From an uncultured delta proteobacterium (GTDB lineage: Bacteria > Desulfobacterota > Binatia > DP-6), in assembly GCA_963815115.1 (NCBI GenBank), contig CAWFFN010000009.1:736001-800000 (forward strand): 64,000 bases of DNA, in the 5' to 3' direction. The notes beneath the pieces are model-generated. The model made no database searches. It saw only the letters and a list, made by a program, of their open reading frames with translations, and was not told the origin of the DNA. The translations under genes were made by a program, and so were the position numbers. The number at the start of each line of letters is the position of its first letter. The stretch's first letter is position 1. Below are positions 9,626-19,673 of the stretch, piece after piece.

Positions 9626-11184
9626 TGCTGCATGGCCTGGGAGGGACCAAGACGGACTTCGAGTCCCTCACGCCCGCCGGCACCAGCAACGCCACCTTCC
9701 ACTACAACAACGTCTTCTTCGCGCAGCGCGGCTACGCGGTGGTGAACTACAGCGCCCGGGGATGGGGCAACTCGTGCGGGGTGCCGGCATCGCGCACGCC
9801 CGCGTGCGTGCACGGCTGGATCCATCTCGCCGACCAGCGCTGGGAAGCGCGCGACGCGCAGGAGCTTCTCGGGCTCATGGTCGACGCCGGCCTCGCCGAT
9901 CCCGACGGCCTGGGCGCCACCGGCGTATCCTACGGCGGCGGGCAGAGCCTCGAGCTCGCCGGGCTGCGGGACCGGATCCGCGGCGGCGACGGGAAGCTCG
10001 CGCCCTGGCGCAGCCCGGGCGGTCGCCGGCTGCGCATCGCCGCCGCCTGGCCGCGCTGGCCATGGGTCGATCTCGCCGCCGCGCTGTTGCCGAACGGACG
10101 CTTCCGCGACGACCGGGCGCGCAGCGTCCTGTCGACCGGCAAGCCGATCGGGGTCGACAAGCTGAGCTATGCCGAGATCCTGCTGGCGATCGCCCAGAAC
10201 TCGGCGTTTCTCACGATGCCGAACGAGGATCCGACGTGCGACCTCAGCACCTGGGCCGCCGCGCTCGAGGTGGGCGAGCCCTATGCGGTCAAGGTGCGGG
10301 CCGTCGAGGACGAGCTGCACGCCTTTCACGGCGCCGTCGGCCTGGTGCGCCGGCGCCGCCCGGCGCCCCTGCTCCTGATGTCCGGTTTCACGGACGACCT
10401 CTTTCCCGCCTCGCAGGCGCTGCGCGTTCACCTCGCGCTGCGCCACGAGCGGCAGGCGGTGCTCCAGCTCGGCGACCTCGGCCACCCCAGAGCGCAGAAC
10501 AAGCTCGACGAGTACGCCCTGTACAACGAGCAGGGCGCGCGGTTCTTCGACTCGTATCTGCGCAAGATCGGCACGCCGCCCGCACCGGGCTCGGTGACGG
10601 TGTTCACGCAGACCTGCCCCGCGACCGCGCCCGCAGGCGGGCCGTTCACGGCGGCCGCGTGGGAGGATCTCGCCACGGGGACGTTCCGCCTCGGCGATGC
10701 GGCGCCGCAGACGGTGACGTCGGATGGTGGCGACCCGGCGGTCGCGATGGCCACCGACCCGATCCTCGGCTTCGGCGCCTGCGCCATGGTGCCGGCGCGC
10801 GATGCGCCCGGCACGGCGGTCTACACCGCAGCCAGCCCCGGCTTCACGCTGATCGGCCAGCCCACCCTGACGGCGCACGTGCGCACGAAAGGGCCTTTCG
10901 GGCAGATCGTCGGACGCCTGTGGGACGTCCGACCCGATGGACAGCAGACCCTGATCGCGCGCGGTGTCTATCGCCTGCGCCCGCACCAGAAGGGCCGTAT
11001 CCTGTTCCAGCTCGAGGGCAACGCCTACGAGTTCGCGGCCGGCCATACCGTCCGCCTCGAGCTGGTGGGCAGCAGCCCGCCGACCTTCCGGCCGAGCAAC
11101 GGCACGTTCTCGGTGACCGTCGAGGAGGCGGAGGTCGCGCTGCCGACGCTCGGGGGAAGCCCGTCGGGGGCGTTCCTCGAGTGA
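9472..11184 (+). CDS. CocE/NonD (peptidase S15) family alpha/beta hydrolase, apparently lacking a signal peptide
   Basis: DGVPLDVDVTLP, GPFPAIVMLHG, FAQRGYAVVNYSARG.G.S, nucleophile GVSYGGG, PepX-like C-terminal domain (F.AGH..RLEL); the longer 8824 ORF start is shadow sequence over fadL. Confidence 0.85.
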   Translation: MPLGHACVAQSGVRFCPTTSLAQRVPMRDGVPLDVDVTLPATGDGPFPAIVMLHGLGGTKTDFESLTPAGTSNATFHYNNVFFAQRGYAVVNYSARGWGNSCGVPASRTPACVHGWIHLADQRWEARDAQELLGLMVDAGLADPDGLGATGVSYGGGQSLELAGLRDRIRGGDGKLAPWRSPGGRRLRIAAAWPRWPWVDLAAALLPNGRFRDDRARSVLSTGKPIGVDKLSYAEILLAIAQNSAFLTMPNEDPTCDLSTWAAALEVGEPYAVKVRAVEDELHAFHGAVGLVRRRRPAPLLLMSGFTDDLFPASQALRVHLALRHERQAVLQLGDLGHPRAQNKLDEYALYNEQGARFFDSYLRKIGTPPAPGSVTVFTQTCPATAPAGGPFTAAAWEDLATGTFRLGDAAPQTVTSDGGDPAVAMATDPILGFGACAMVPARDAPGTAVYTAASPGFTLIGQPTLTAHVRTKGPFGQIVGRLWDVRPDGQQTLIARGVYRLRPHQKGRILFQLEGNAYEFAAGHTVRLELVGSSPPTFRPSNGTFSVTVEEAEVALPTLGGSPSGAFLE

Positions 11185-11186
11185 GC

Positions 11187-11216
11187 TTGAGGTCCGCGAG
11201 GCACGTGACCTAGAAT
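11187..11216 (+). promoter_or_regulatory. Putative sigma-70 promoter giving a leaderless mRNA
   Basis: TTGAGG-N18-TAGAAT, 6 nt before GTG 11223; no SD. Confidence 0.5.
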
Positions 11217-11222
11217 GTCCGC

Positions 11223-12014
11223 GTGCTTCCGCAGCGCGTCGACACCGGCCCCTACGAGACGACCCAGCCTCTCGTGCGGCGGGACCTCGTGCGTGCCACG
11301 GCCGTGGAGGCGATCCCGCGATGGTACAGCCCGTGGGGCCATCTCGCCTTTCCGTCGTTCGTCGGGATCGGCCTGATCGCCGTCGCGATCGCATGGCTCG
11401 ACCGGCCGAGCGCCTGGGAGCTCATGGTGGTCCCGCTGGTCCTCGTCCTGGTGAACCTCAACGAGTGGCACGTCCATCGCAACATCCTGCATCGCCGGTC
11501 CTGGCCGCTGGAGATCCTCTTCTGGCGTCACACGCCCGAGCATCACGTGATCTTCGTACGCGACGACATGGCGATGCGCTCGACCCGCGAGTTCCGCCTC
11601 GTGCTGATTCCCTTCTACGGCATCCTCGCCATCTTCCTGACCTCCCTGCCCATCACGGCCGCCCTCTGGTTCCTCGTGTCGCACAACGTCGCGCTGCTCT
11701 GGGTCGCGTGCACGATGGGCTACGTCGTGGCGTACGAGTGGCTGCACCTCTCCTACCATCTGCCGGCGTCGAGCCCGATCGGCCGCAGCGCCCCGATCCG
11801 CGCGCTCCGCCGCCATCACGCCACGCACCACACGCCCGAGCTGATGCAGCGCTGGAACTTCAACGTGACGGTGCCGCTGGCGGACTGGCTGCTCGGCACG
11901 GTGTATCGCGAGGCGCCGCGCCGCACTGCCACCGCAAGCGCCTCCGTTCCTAGGCCGCGTCCGGCGGCGGCTCGCGATCGAGCTGGTAGAGCCGCGCCGC
12001 GTTCTCGCCCGTGA
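11223..12014 (+). CDS. Fatty acid hydroxylase/sterol desaturase family protein
   Basis: His boxes HVHRNILH, HTPEHH, HLSYH, HHATHH; NFNV...LAD..LGT; TM helices. Confidence 0.88.
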   Translation: MLPQRVDTGPYETTQPLVRRDLVRATAVEAIPRWYSPWGHLAFPSFVGIGLIAVAIAWLDRPSAWELMVVPLVLVLVNLNEWHVHRNILHRRSWPLEILFWRHTPEHHVIFVRDDMAMRSTREFRLVLIPFYGILAIFLTSLPITAALWFLVSHNVALLWVACTMGYVVAYEWLHLSYHLPASSPIGRSAPIRALRRHHATHHTPELMQRWNFNVTVPLADWLLGTVYREAPRRTATASASVPRPRPAAARDRAGRAAPRSRP

Positions 12015-13143
12015 CGGCGCGACGTGCGTCGGCGGGCAGGTCGGCGGTGAGCGCGTGCAGCTCCTGGAGGTAGTCCCCGCCGTGGTCGCTGTGCGGGAAA
12101 TCGCTCGCCCAGAGAAAGCGGTCCGCGCCCACGTGACGGATGATCGGTGGAAGCGCACGCTCGTCGGGATCGGCGGCGACCCAGCACTGGCGGCGCACGT
12201 AGTCGCTCGGGCGCTCGCGTAGCCCGAGCGTGACGCGGAGCGCGCCGGTGGCGAGCGCGTCCATGCGGTCGAGCCAGAAGCCCAGCCATCCCGCCCCGGA
12301 CTCGAGCACGACCAGCTTCAGGCGGGGGAAGCGATCGAAGGTGGCGAACTGGAAGAAGGTCGAGAAGGCCTGCTGCACCGCCTGCGGGAAGAGGAGCTGC
12401 AGGTACCAGATCTGCTGCGGCACGGCCTCCGGCCAGGTGAGGCCGTCGAAGCGGCGGTGGAGGTCGCGCGAGGGTGGGTCGATGCCCGTATGGAGGGCGA
12501 CGGGGACGTCCAGCTCCTCGGCTGCAGCCCACACCGGGTCGTGGTGCGGGTGTCCATGCGGCAGACCGCTCCAGGTGAACGGCAGCACGAATGCGCCGCG
12601 TGCGCCGGCCCGTACCGCTCGGTGCAGCTCCGCCGCCGCCGCCGCGGGATCGCCCAGGGAGAGGTGGGCCACCGGAACCAGGCGGCCGCGGCTTCCCGAG
12701 CAGAACTCCTCGATCCAGCGGTTGTAGGCGCGCGCGTGCGCCAAGGCATAGGCGGGTTCCGGGGTCTCCGCTTCCCATTGTAGGCCGAGCGTCGGGTAGA
12801 GCACGGCGTGCGAGAGCCCCTCGCGGTCGAGGAGTGCGAGGCGAGCCGCGGGCTCGGTGGCAGCCGGCGGCGCGTTCTCCGCGTAGTGCCCCGAGAGGGC
12901 TGCCGCCGCCAGCTCGTCCAGACTCCGTCCCATGCCCCCGAGCCCACCCAGCATCTCGGACGTGGTGAGCCGGGCGGGTCGCCCGTCGATCTCGAGCACA
13001 TCGCGACCGTCGCGCCCGCGGCGGACGCGGATCGCGCGCGCGCGCCAAGCCGGATCGAGGTAGCGCTCCCACAGCTCCGGCGGCTCGAGCACGTGACCGT
13101 CGGCGTCGACGAGGCCGGCCATGCCGTGATGCGATAGCGACAC
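11950..13143 (-). CDS. Amidohydrolase family 2 protein
   Basis: VDADGHVLEP, AYNRW..EFC, LESGAGW and ASDFPHSD motifs. Confidence 0.9.
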   Translation of the reverse strand: MSLSHHGMAGLVDADGHVLEPPELWERYLDPAWRARAIRVRRGRDGRDVLEIDGRPARLTTSEMLGGLGGMGRSLDELAAAALSGHYAENAPPAATEPAARLALLDREGLSHAVLYPTLGLQWEAETPEPAYALAHARAYNRWIEEFCSGSRGRLVPVAHLSLGDPAAAAAELHRAVRAGARGAFVLPFTWSGLPHGHPHHDPVWAAAEELDVPVALHTGIDPPSRDLHRRFDGLTWPEAVPQQIWYLQLLFPQAVQQAFSTFFQFATFDRFPRLKLVVLESGAGWLGFWLDRMDALATGALRVTLGLRERPSDYVRRQCWVAADPDERALPPIIRHVGADRFLWASDFPHSDHGGDYLQELHALTADLPADARRAVTGENAARLYQLDREPPPDAA

Positions 13144-13205
13144 GGCGGGCGCCCGTCAAAGCTGCGCACGTTGCTCGCGGAATCGGCGCCCGGGACGCGC
13201 GGGTC

Positions 13206-14015
13206 TCAGCCGGCCGCGGGAGCGCCCGTCGGTGTCGGCCGCCGCAGGTAGCGAGCGGGCGACTGACCGAACGTGTGCCGGAAGGCCGAGATGAAGGCGC
13301 TCACCGACGCATAGCCGGCGTCGAGCGCGACTGCCGTGACCGAGCCGCCGGCGCCGAGGGCCTGCAGCGCGTGCCTCAGCCGCAGCTGTTGCCGCCAGGT
13401 GCCCAGGGTCATGCCGGTCTCCGCGCGAAAGATCCGTTGCAGCGTGCGCGCGCTGGCGCCGCTCTGGCGGGCGAGCGCGCTCAGGGTGCGGCGATCGCCC
13501 GGCGTGCCCTCGAGTCGCTCGGCGATGCGCCGAGCGCGCGAGTCGCGCGGCCACGGCAGGTGGACGCCGCTCGAGCGCAGCGCGCGGATCTGATCGAGCA
13601 GCACCGCGAGCAGGTGCCGGTGCTCGGGCACCCGCCGGTCGAGGCTCCCGAACTCGAGCGAGCGCAGGATCACCTCGCGCAGGAGCGGCGGCACGTCGAC
13701 GATGCGGAGGTCGCAGGGCAGGTCGCGCGCGACGCGCGGCTCGATGTAGAGGGTGCGCATCGACACGGGTCCCGACATGCGGATCGCGTGCTCGAGACCG
13801 GCCGGCATCCATACCCCGCGGTGCGGGGGGACGATCCACGAGCCCGCCGCGGTCGACAACGTCATCACGCCTCGGACGGCATAGACCAGCTGGTGCCAGT
13901 CGTGGATGTGCTCGGGCACCCGGTGGCCGCTCGGGTAGTCGTGCGACAGGCTTCGCACGCAGCCCGGCCGCGGCTCGGGGGACCATACCAGTGCAGCTTG
14001 TCGCTTCCGCGACAC
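13206..14015 (-). CDS. AraC family transcriptional regulator (cupin plus double HTH)
   Basis: H.H.WHQL.YA..G cupin; S.RTL.R.F..ETGMT...WRQQ.RL and GY.S.SAF..AF. Confidence 0.92.
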   Translation of the reverse strand: MSRKRQAALVWSPEPRPGCVRSLSHDYPSGHRVPEHIHDWHQLVYAVRGVMTLSTAAGSWIVPPHRGVWMPAGLEHAIRMSGPVSMRTLYIEPRVARDLPCDLRIVDVPPLLREVILRSLEFGSLDRRVPEHRHLLAVLLDQIRALRSSGVHLPWPRDSRARRIAERLEGTPGDRRTLSALARQSGASARTLQRIFRAETGMTLGTWRQQLRLRHALQALGAGGSVTAVALDAGYASVSAFISAFRHTFGQSPARYLRRPTPTGAPAAG

Positions 14016-14080
14016 AACCTGGCACTATGGCGCAAGACGGCCGTCGCGTGAAGCGCTACGGGTCGTCCCGGGAGGACGAC

Positions 14081-14440
14081 ATGACGGCCAACGGCGTTTT
14101 CTACGTGTTCGCGCTCGTATCGGACCTGAAGCGGAGCAAGCGGTTCTACGGCGAGACCCTCGGCTGGAAGCTCGGCACCGACGAAGCCGACGTCGCTGGC
14201 TTCGAGTTTGGTGGCGGTTACCTCGTCATCCATACCGACGATCGGCCGCCTGACGCACGCCACTACCCGGGCGGCATGCACGTCGCCGTGAAGGTCGACG
14301 ACGTCGAGGCCGAGCACGCGCGCCTCGCGAAGTGCGGCGTCGCGGTCGGTGAGCTGCGCGACCAGCCATGGGGCGAGCGCAACTTCTACTTCGACGACCC
14401 GGACGGCTACCTCTGGGCCTACGGACAACCCAGGCGCTGA
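14081..14440 (+). CDS. VOC/glyoxalase family protein
   Basis: SD GGAGG; VSDL.RS..FY...LG and PWGER.FYF.DPDG; divergent from the AraC gene. Confidence 0.9.
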   Translation: MTANGVFYVFALVSDLKRSKRFYGETLGWKLGTDEADVAGFEFGGGYLVIHTDDRPPDARHYPGGMHVAVKVDDVEAEHARLAKCGVAVGELRDQPWGERNFYFDDPDGYLWAYGQPRR

Positions 14441-14503
14441 CGCGCGAAAGGGAGGAGGGCCGATGACAGCTTTCACGAAACCCCCCGCGCGGCGAAGACG
14501 GGC

Positions 14504-15328
14504 TCAGGCGGCGATCGCGGCCGACCGACCGCGGTGACGCCGGTACATTTCCAGGACCCAGCCGACGCCGGGACGCGCTGCGACGGATTCACGGACGCGT
14601 GTCATCGGTTCCGGCATTCTGCGCTGCGGTGGATAGGGAAATTCCGGAGGTACAACCAGCGGAGAAAACAGCGCCGCCGCGGTCAGGTCGGCGACGCTGA
14701 AGCGGTCTCCCACGAGATATCCGGAAGGTTGCAGCTCGCTCTCCAGTCGGTCGAGCGCAGCGAACGTCTTCTTTCGGCTGACCTCGACGCTGGCGTCGTC
14801 GATCTGCAAGCGCTTCCGCAGCACGAGGCTCATCATCGGAAAGGCCATGCGCATCGCGACTCGAGTGGCCAGGCCGCTCTCGGAGGAGAAGGCGGAAACG
14901 ACGAAGCCGGGGTCGGACAGCATCAGGTGAAATCCGACCCGCCGGATGTGCGGCCCGAGCTCCTCGTCGAAGAACTCCTCGAGCTCCAGGGCGCGGGCGC
15001 GCTGGACCGGATCACGAGGATAGAGCGGCGGCTCTGGGAAAGTCTCTTCGAGCGCGGCGATGATCCGCGTGGAGTCGTGAATCGTCCTCCCGTTCAACTG
15101 GAGGACCGGCACCGCCGTTTGCCCGGTCATCTTCTTGACCGTCGAGGCGTGGAAACCCGGGACCAGAGGACGGCGGACGTGATGGACGCCCTTGTAGTCG
15201 AGCGCCCAGCGCGCCTTCTCGTTGAAATGGGAAAAGATGAAGTGCCAGAGAACCGGGTGCTGTTCCACTGCGAGACTCCTCACGGTTACGGCCGTCGCCG
15301 GCAGATTTGCATGAGGATTGGACGTCAC
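14504..15328 (-). CDS. Glutathione S-transferase family protein
   Basis: SHFNEKARWALDYKG, VPVL...G..I.DST.I and YLVGDRFSVADL. Confidence 0.9.
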   Translation of the reverse strand: MTSNPHANLPATAVTVRSLAVEQHPVLWHFIFSHFNEKARWALDYKGVHHVRRPLVPGFHASTVKKMTGQTAVPVLQLNGRTIHDSTRIIAALEETFPEPPLYPRDPVQRARALELEEFFDEELGPHIRRVGFHLMLSDPGFVVSAFSSESGLATRVAMRMAFPMMSLVLRKRLQIDDASVEVSRKKTFAALDRLESELQPSGYLVGDRFSVADLTAAALFSPLVVPPEFPYPPQRRMPEPMTRVRESVAARPGVGWVLEMYRRHRGRSAAIAA

Positions 15329-15338
15329 CGTCTACGGG

Positions 15339-15363
15339 CTGAAGTTGACTATGTCAACATCAG
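15339..15363. promoter_or_regulatory. Palindromic operator (TetR-like) upstream of the GST gene
   Basis: CTGA-A-GTTGAC-TAT-GTCAAC-A-TCAG imperfect palindrome about 10 nt from the GST start. Confidence 0.55.
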
Positions 15364-15940
15364 AACACGGGAGCAGGCGTGCCGTGCCACCATGGCAGCC
15401 TTCGCCCTGGGGGTGGTCGGAACGGGTGGGCCGCAGCCCTGGCGCCGTACCGGGATGCACGAACCTTTCTGCGTGGGGCCGGCGGGGACGGCGCGGGGTC
15501 TTCTACCAGCGCACTCGCCATAGGCGACCCTGCTCGACGGCTTGTCCTTGTTTCCACCGTCATTTTCCCTTGACTGGAGGCTCGGTCGTATGTGAGGAAA
15601 CTAGCCGTCGATGAAGTGCAACAGGCTAGGGAGGGGCGAGGGTAGCGCGGTCTCTCTGACGAGCGCCATCAGATCGCGCGGTGTACCAGACGCGCGTGTG
15701 GGCTCCCGGTGACTCTCCTGGCCTGCTTCCCCTTGCTCGGGCTGCTGACGTACCCGTCCGCCGCACCGTCGACGAGAAGGCACCCAAAGCCCAGCTGCCC
15801 GAGCCGATCGGGTGCTGGTCACTCTCGCCTTCGATAACACCAGCCATTCCCTCTTGCACATGAGCGAGATCCCCCAGTCGTCCACGGGAATGCCGGGAGA
15901 GCGACATTGGAGTCGGAACGACAAGAGGAGGGGAACCCCC

Positions 15941-16546
15941 ATGGGACGATCGGCTGCTTCTCTTGGATTCTGGGTCGGCATCGTGGCTGCGGCCACCGTC
16001 GCCGGGTGTGGCAGCGTCGAGAAGCAGTTCCTCGACGCGCTCAACGCATCAAGCGAGAAGAAGGTGTGCGTCCAGCCAAGTGAACTCGGGGTCACGGTGT
16101 ACTCGAGCCGGGACGGGAAGGCTTACCTGGCGGCGGAAGATCCGCCCTTCGGCGGACCACCGCCAGTCAAGGCTCTCGACGCGCTCCGCGCACGCGGCTA
16201 CGCCCAGAAAGAGCCGTACATGATGCAGGTAAACTACGCGCCGCTTCCTGGGTATGAGATCACGGAGAAGGGGCGACCCATTTTTCCGAGGAACGGGCCC
16301 GTGTGCATCGGCGAAAGGCACGCGACCGAGATCATCGACTATACCGAGTCCCAAGGTGGTGGCCCGGTCCAGGGCTCGCAGGTCAACTTCAAGTACGAGG
16401 TCGAGTTCAACGATCTGATCAAGGACTTGGGGCTAGCGGAGGAATTGAGCAAGCACTTGACCCTCCTGCGCAACACCGAGGGCAAGGGCCAAGCCATGTT
16501 CGTCAAGACCAACAAGGGTTGGCGCCTGGAATCGGCGATGTGGTGA
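15941..16546 (+). CDS. Hypothetical lipoprotein
   Basis: SD GAGGAGG; lipobox VAGC; YEITEKG..CIG..KTNKGW pattern. Confidence 0.75.
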   Translation: MGRSAASLGFWVGIVAAATVAGCGSVEKQFLDALNASSEKKVCVQPSELGVTVYSSRDGKAYLAAEDPPFGGPPPVKALDALRARGYAQKEPYMMQVNYAPLPGYEITEKGRPIFPRNGPVCIGERHATEIIDYTESQGGGPVQGSQVNFKYEVEFNDLIKDLGLAEELSKHLTLLRNTEGKGQAMFVKTNKGWRLESAMW

Positions 16547-16678
16547 GGCTCCCCGGTGACTCCAAGCTAGACCAGACGCGGGCCATTTCCTCGCCATCGT
16601 GCCTGCTCGGCTCGGCTCCGGCGCGGAGGATGAGCCAGCGATGTGGTCGAGATGGCAGGAGTGTAGACCGGAGAGGAC

Positions 16679-17104
16679 GTGATCCGTTTCGTCGGCACAG
16701 CGACCGCCGGTGTCCTGTTCGCCCTCGGTCTTCTGCATGTCTACTGGGCCGGAGGAGGAGGGTGGGGGACCGACGTGACGATTCCGAAGCAGGGCGGCCA
16801 GCCGCTGTTCCGGCCGCGCCCGGCTGGAACCCTGCTCGTTGCGATCCTCCTGCTCTCGGCGGGCCTCGTCGTGTCGGGCCGGGCCGGGCTCTGGGGCATC
16901 GCCTTCCCTCGTTGGCCCTTCGTCGTCGGGACCTGGGCTCTCGCGGCCGTCTTCGTCGGCCGTGCCGTAGGCGACTTCAGGTGGTTTGGCCTCTTCAAGC
17001 GGATGAGAGGAACGGCCTTCGCCCGGTGGGACACGTGGCTCTTCGTCCCGCTCTGTCTGCTTCTCGGTCTCGGATGCCTGGTCGTGGCCCTCGGCGAACA
17101 TTGA
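16679..17104 (+). CDS. DUF3995 family membrane protein
   Basis: LH.YWA.GG.WG, RAVGDF...GLFK and FA.WD...F.PLCL. Confidence 0.8.
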   Translation: MIRFVGTATAGVLFALGLLHVYWAGGGGWGTDVTIPKQGGQPLFRPRPAGTLLVAILLLSAGLVVSGRAGLWGIAFPRWPFVVGTWALAAVFVGRAVGDFRWFGLFKRMRGTAFARWDTWLFVPLCLLLGLGCLVVALGEH

Positions 17105-17129
17105 GACGGGATCCCCGCGCCGACAACAC

Positions 17130-18365
17130 TCAGGCGACCGGCACGGACACTTCCAGCGGCGCCTTCCGACCGCGCACGTGGACCGCGCGGGGCGCCGACA
17201 TGGCGATGCCGTCGCCGAGCTGTTGCCGGGTCGCATCGGAAACGAGGACGTCCACACCCTCCACCTTGGTCAGCTCCTGCAGCCGCGCCGCGACGTTCAC
17301 CGCGTCGCCGACGATGGTGTAGTCGCGGCGCTGCGGCGTCCCGATGTCGCCCAGGACGACCGTGCCGGTGTGGACGCCGATACCGATCCGCAGCGGCGGC
17401 TCGCCGTGTCCTCCCCGTTCCGCGCCGAGCGCCGCGAGGGCCGCGCGCATCGCCACCGCGCACCGCACGGCGCGGGAGGCATGGTCCGGCTGCGGGACCG
17501 GCGCACCGAAGTACGCCATCAACCCGTCGCCCAGATACTTGTCGAGCGTCCCGCCGTGCGCGAAGACCACGTCCACCGTACGTTCGAAGAACACGTTCAG
17601 GAGCGCGACGACGTCGGGCGCGGGCATCGCTTCGGCGAGCGGGGTGAAGTCCCGCAGGTCGCAGAAGAGGATCGTCACCTCGTGCGTCTGGCCGCTCACT
17701 GCAAGCACGGACGACTCCGCGAGTTGCGCGGCGACCTGCGGCGAGAAGTAGCGCTGGAGTCGCTCGCGGCGCCGCTGCTCGTCGGCGACCTGCTTGACCA
17801 GCACAGAGGACCGGCCGCTCGCATAGGCGAGCACGACGCCGATCAGCGCGATCCCCATGACCGTCATGACCATGACCCCCCTGTCCCAGCTTCCGCTGCG
17901 CAGCATGAGGACCACTTCGCAAGCGGCGGCGACTGCCGCCGCGACCGTGAGGCGCCGGCGGTCGAGGGCGAGCGATGCGAGCACCAGTAGGCCAACGTAG
18001 TACAACGCCGCGTGGGCCGAGAGCCTGGACGCGTCCGGATCCAGGCCGGCTGCGCGCAGCGCGTCGATGATCCGTGAGATCAGGAGCAGGAGCATCGGCA
18101 TGTCGACGAGGGCGATCGCCAGGCTGCCGGCCCGGGCGATCCGTTCCGAGCGGATGCCGCCCACGAGGAGCGCCCCCGCCGCGGCGGTCCAGCCGATGAG
18201 GAGGCCGACGGGCGCGCCGATCCAACCCGGCATCGTGAGCGCGAACAGCGTCTCGACCGCGCCCGCCAGCAGCAGCCCGACGAAGCGGAAGGCGTTGATC
18301 CGCCGTGCGTTGCGGAGCCGCTCCGCCTCGAGCGCGGCGTGCACGGCACGGTCGCCGTCGCCCAT
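17130..18365 (-). CDS. Membrane-bound class III adenylate/guanylate cyclase
   Basis: About 6 TM helices; [27 protein letters not shown] and DYT.VGD.VNVAARL. Confidence 0.92.
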   Translation of the reverse strand: MGDGDRAVHAALEAERLRNARRINAFRFVGLLLAGAVETLFALTMPGWIGAPVGLLIGWTAAAGALLVGGIRSERIARAGSLAIALVDMPMLLLLISRIIDALRAAGLDPDASRLSAHAALYYVGLLVLASLALDRRRLTVAAAVAAACEVVLMLRSGSWDRGVMVMTVMGIALIGVVLAYASGRSSVLVKQVADEQRRRERLQRYFSPQVAAQLAESSVLAVSGQTHEVTILFCDLRDFTPLAEAMPAPDVVALLNVFFERTVDVVFAHGGTLDKYLGDGLMAYFGAPVPQPDHASRAVRCAVAMRAALAALGAERGGHGEPPLRIGIGVHTGTVVLGDIGTPQRRDYTIVGDAVNVAARLQELTKVEGVDVLVSDATRQQLGDGIAMSAPRAVHVRGRKAPLEVSVPVA

Positions 18366-18441
18366 GCCGGCGTCACTATCCCATCGCCGTCCGGCCCGTC
18401 GAGGACGGCGTTTTCGCGCGCGGCGTCGGCCGGGCGACCCG

Positions 18442-19492
18442 CTAGGCGGGCACGCCCTCGATCACGCTGACGCGGGCAGGCGTGGGGACGATCTTCGTCA
18501 GCCGGAAGCCGGCCGCGTCGAACAGCGCGCGGAACTCCGACTCCGAGCGCTGGCGGCCGCCGGTGCACACCAGCATGTTGACGTCGTTCGCCGCTGCCCC
18601 CCGGCTCTCCAGCGACTGCTCGATCCGCGGCGGATAGACGCCCTCGACGATCAGCAGCTTGCCCGTCGGGCTCATCGCGCGGTGGCAGTTCGCGAGGATC
18701 GTGACGGCCCGGGCATCGTCCCAGTCGTGGATGACGTGCTTCAGCATGTAGGCGTCGGCCCCGCCCGGTACCTGCATGAAGAAATCGCCGGCGACGGCCG
18801 CGCAGCGCTCCGCGAGACCCGCGTCAGAGATCTGCTGCGTCGCGCGTTCCACGGCCGCGGGCCGGTCGAAGACCGTCCCCTGCAGCGCTGGATGCGCTCG
18901 CAGGATGCCGATCAGGAGCGCTCCGTTGCCGCCGCCGACGTCCACCAGGGTGCGCAGCGGCGCGAAGTCGTAGGCAGCCGCCACGGCGACGGCTGCGAGG
19001 CGGGTGAAATCGGCCATGGCCGCGTCGAAGTTCGCGGTCTCCTCGGGATCCCGTAGCAGGTCGTCGAACGGATCGGTGATGCCCCGGCGCCGATACGCGG
19101 GCTCGCCGGTCTGCACGCAGTATTCGAGATCCTTCCAGGAGTCCTGAACCCGGGTCCCGGCGAAGAGCATCACCGACGCGCGCATCGAACCAGGGACGCC
19201 GGCGCGTAGAGGCTCTCCGAGCGGCGTCAGCGCGAACCTTCCGTTCTCCTGCTCGTCGAAGATGCCGACGCTGGCCAGGAGCCGCATGACGCGGTTGAGC
19301 GACGCCGCGTGGGTCGCGGTCGTCCGGGCCAATTCACGCATAGTGACGGGGGCCGTCGGCGAGCAGGTCGGCCAGCCCCAGCTTCGCCGCCACGTGGAGG
19401 GCGCGCGAAACGTAGTGGCCGATCGACATCTGGTAGAGAGCCAGCTGCGGCGGTAGACCTTGAGACTGCGGAGCGCCCTCGTGCGGTGCCAT
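18442..19492 (-). pseudogene. O-methyltransferase (family 2: dimerisation plus SAM domain) with a +1 frameshift near 19337
   Basis: ATG 19492 gives ...SRALHVAAKLGLADLLADGPRHYA-stop (19334); continues in another frame as ELARTT...VDVGGGNG...GDFF...KHVIHDWDD; may be a sequencing indel. Confidence 0.85.
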
Positions 19493-19673
19493 CGTATCCT
19501 CGCGTTCCCGCCGCCAGCGGCGCGGTGCACCTCACCCCGACCCGGCGCGCACCGCTCAGCGTGGCAAGCGACTTCCATCGGACCGCTAACAGAGTCGTTT
19601 CGCCGACGTCAAGATCGATCCGTGGCGCAGACCCCGCAAGCAGCAAAGGGCCTGGCCGAGCCGGAGCCTCACT

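Noticed and set aside
8824-11184. 786-aa ORF as one protein
   Set aside because: The first 216 codons are an alternate frame of the fadL fragment
15364-15940. Long intergenic region as a riboswitch or ncRNA
   Set aside because: No recognisable aptamer consensus or strong terminator; an Rfam/Infernal scan is needed to exclude it
19334-19336. In-frame TGA in the O-methyltransferase as selenocysteine or readthrough
   Set aside because: Homology continues in a different frame, so this is an indel, not readthrough
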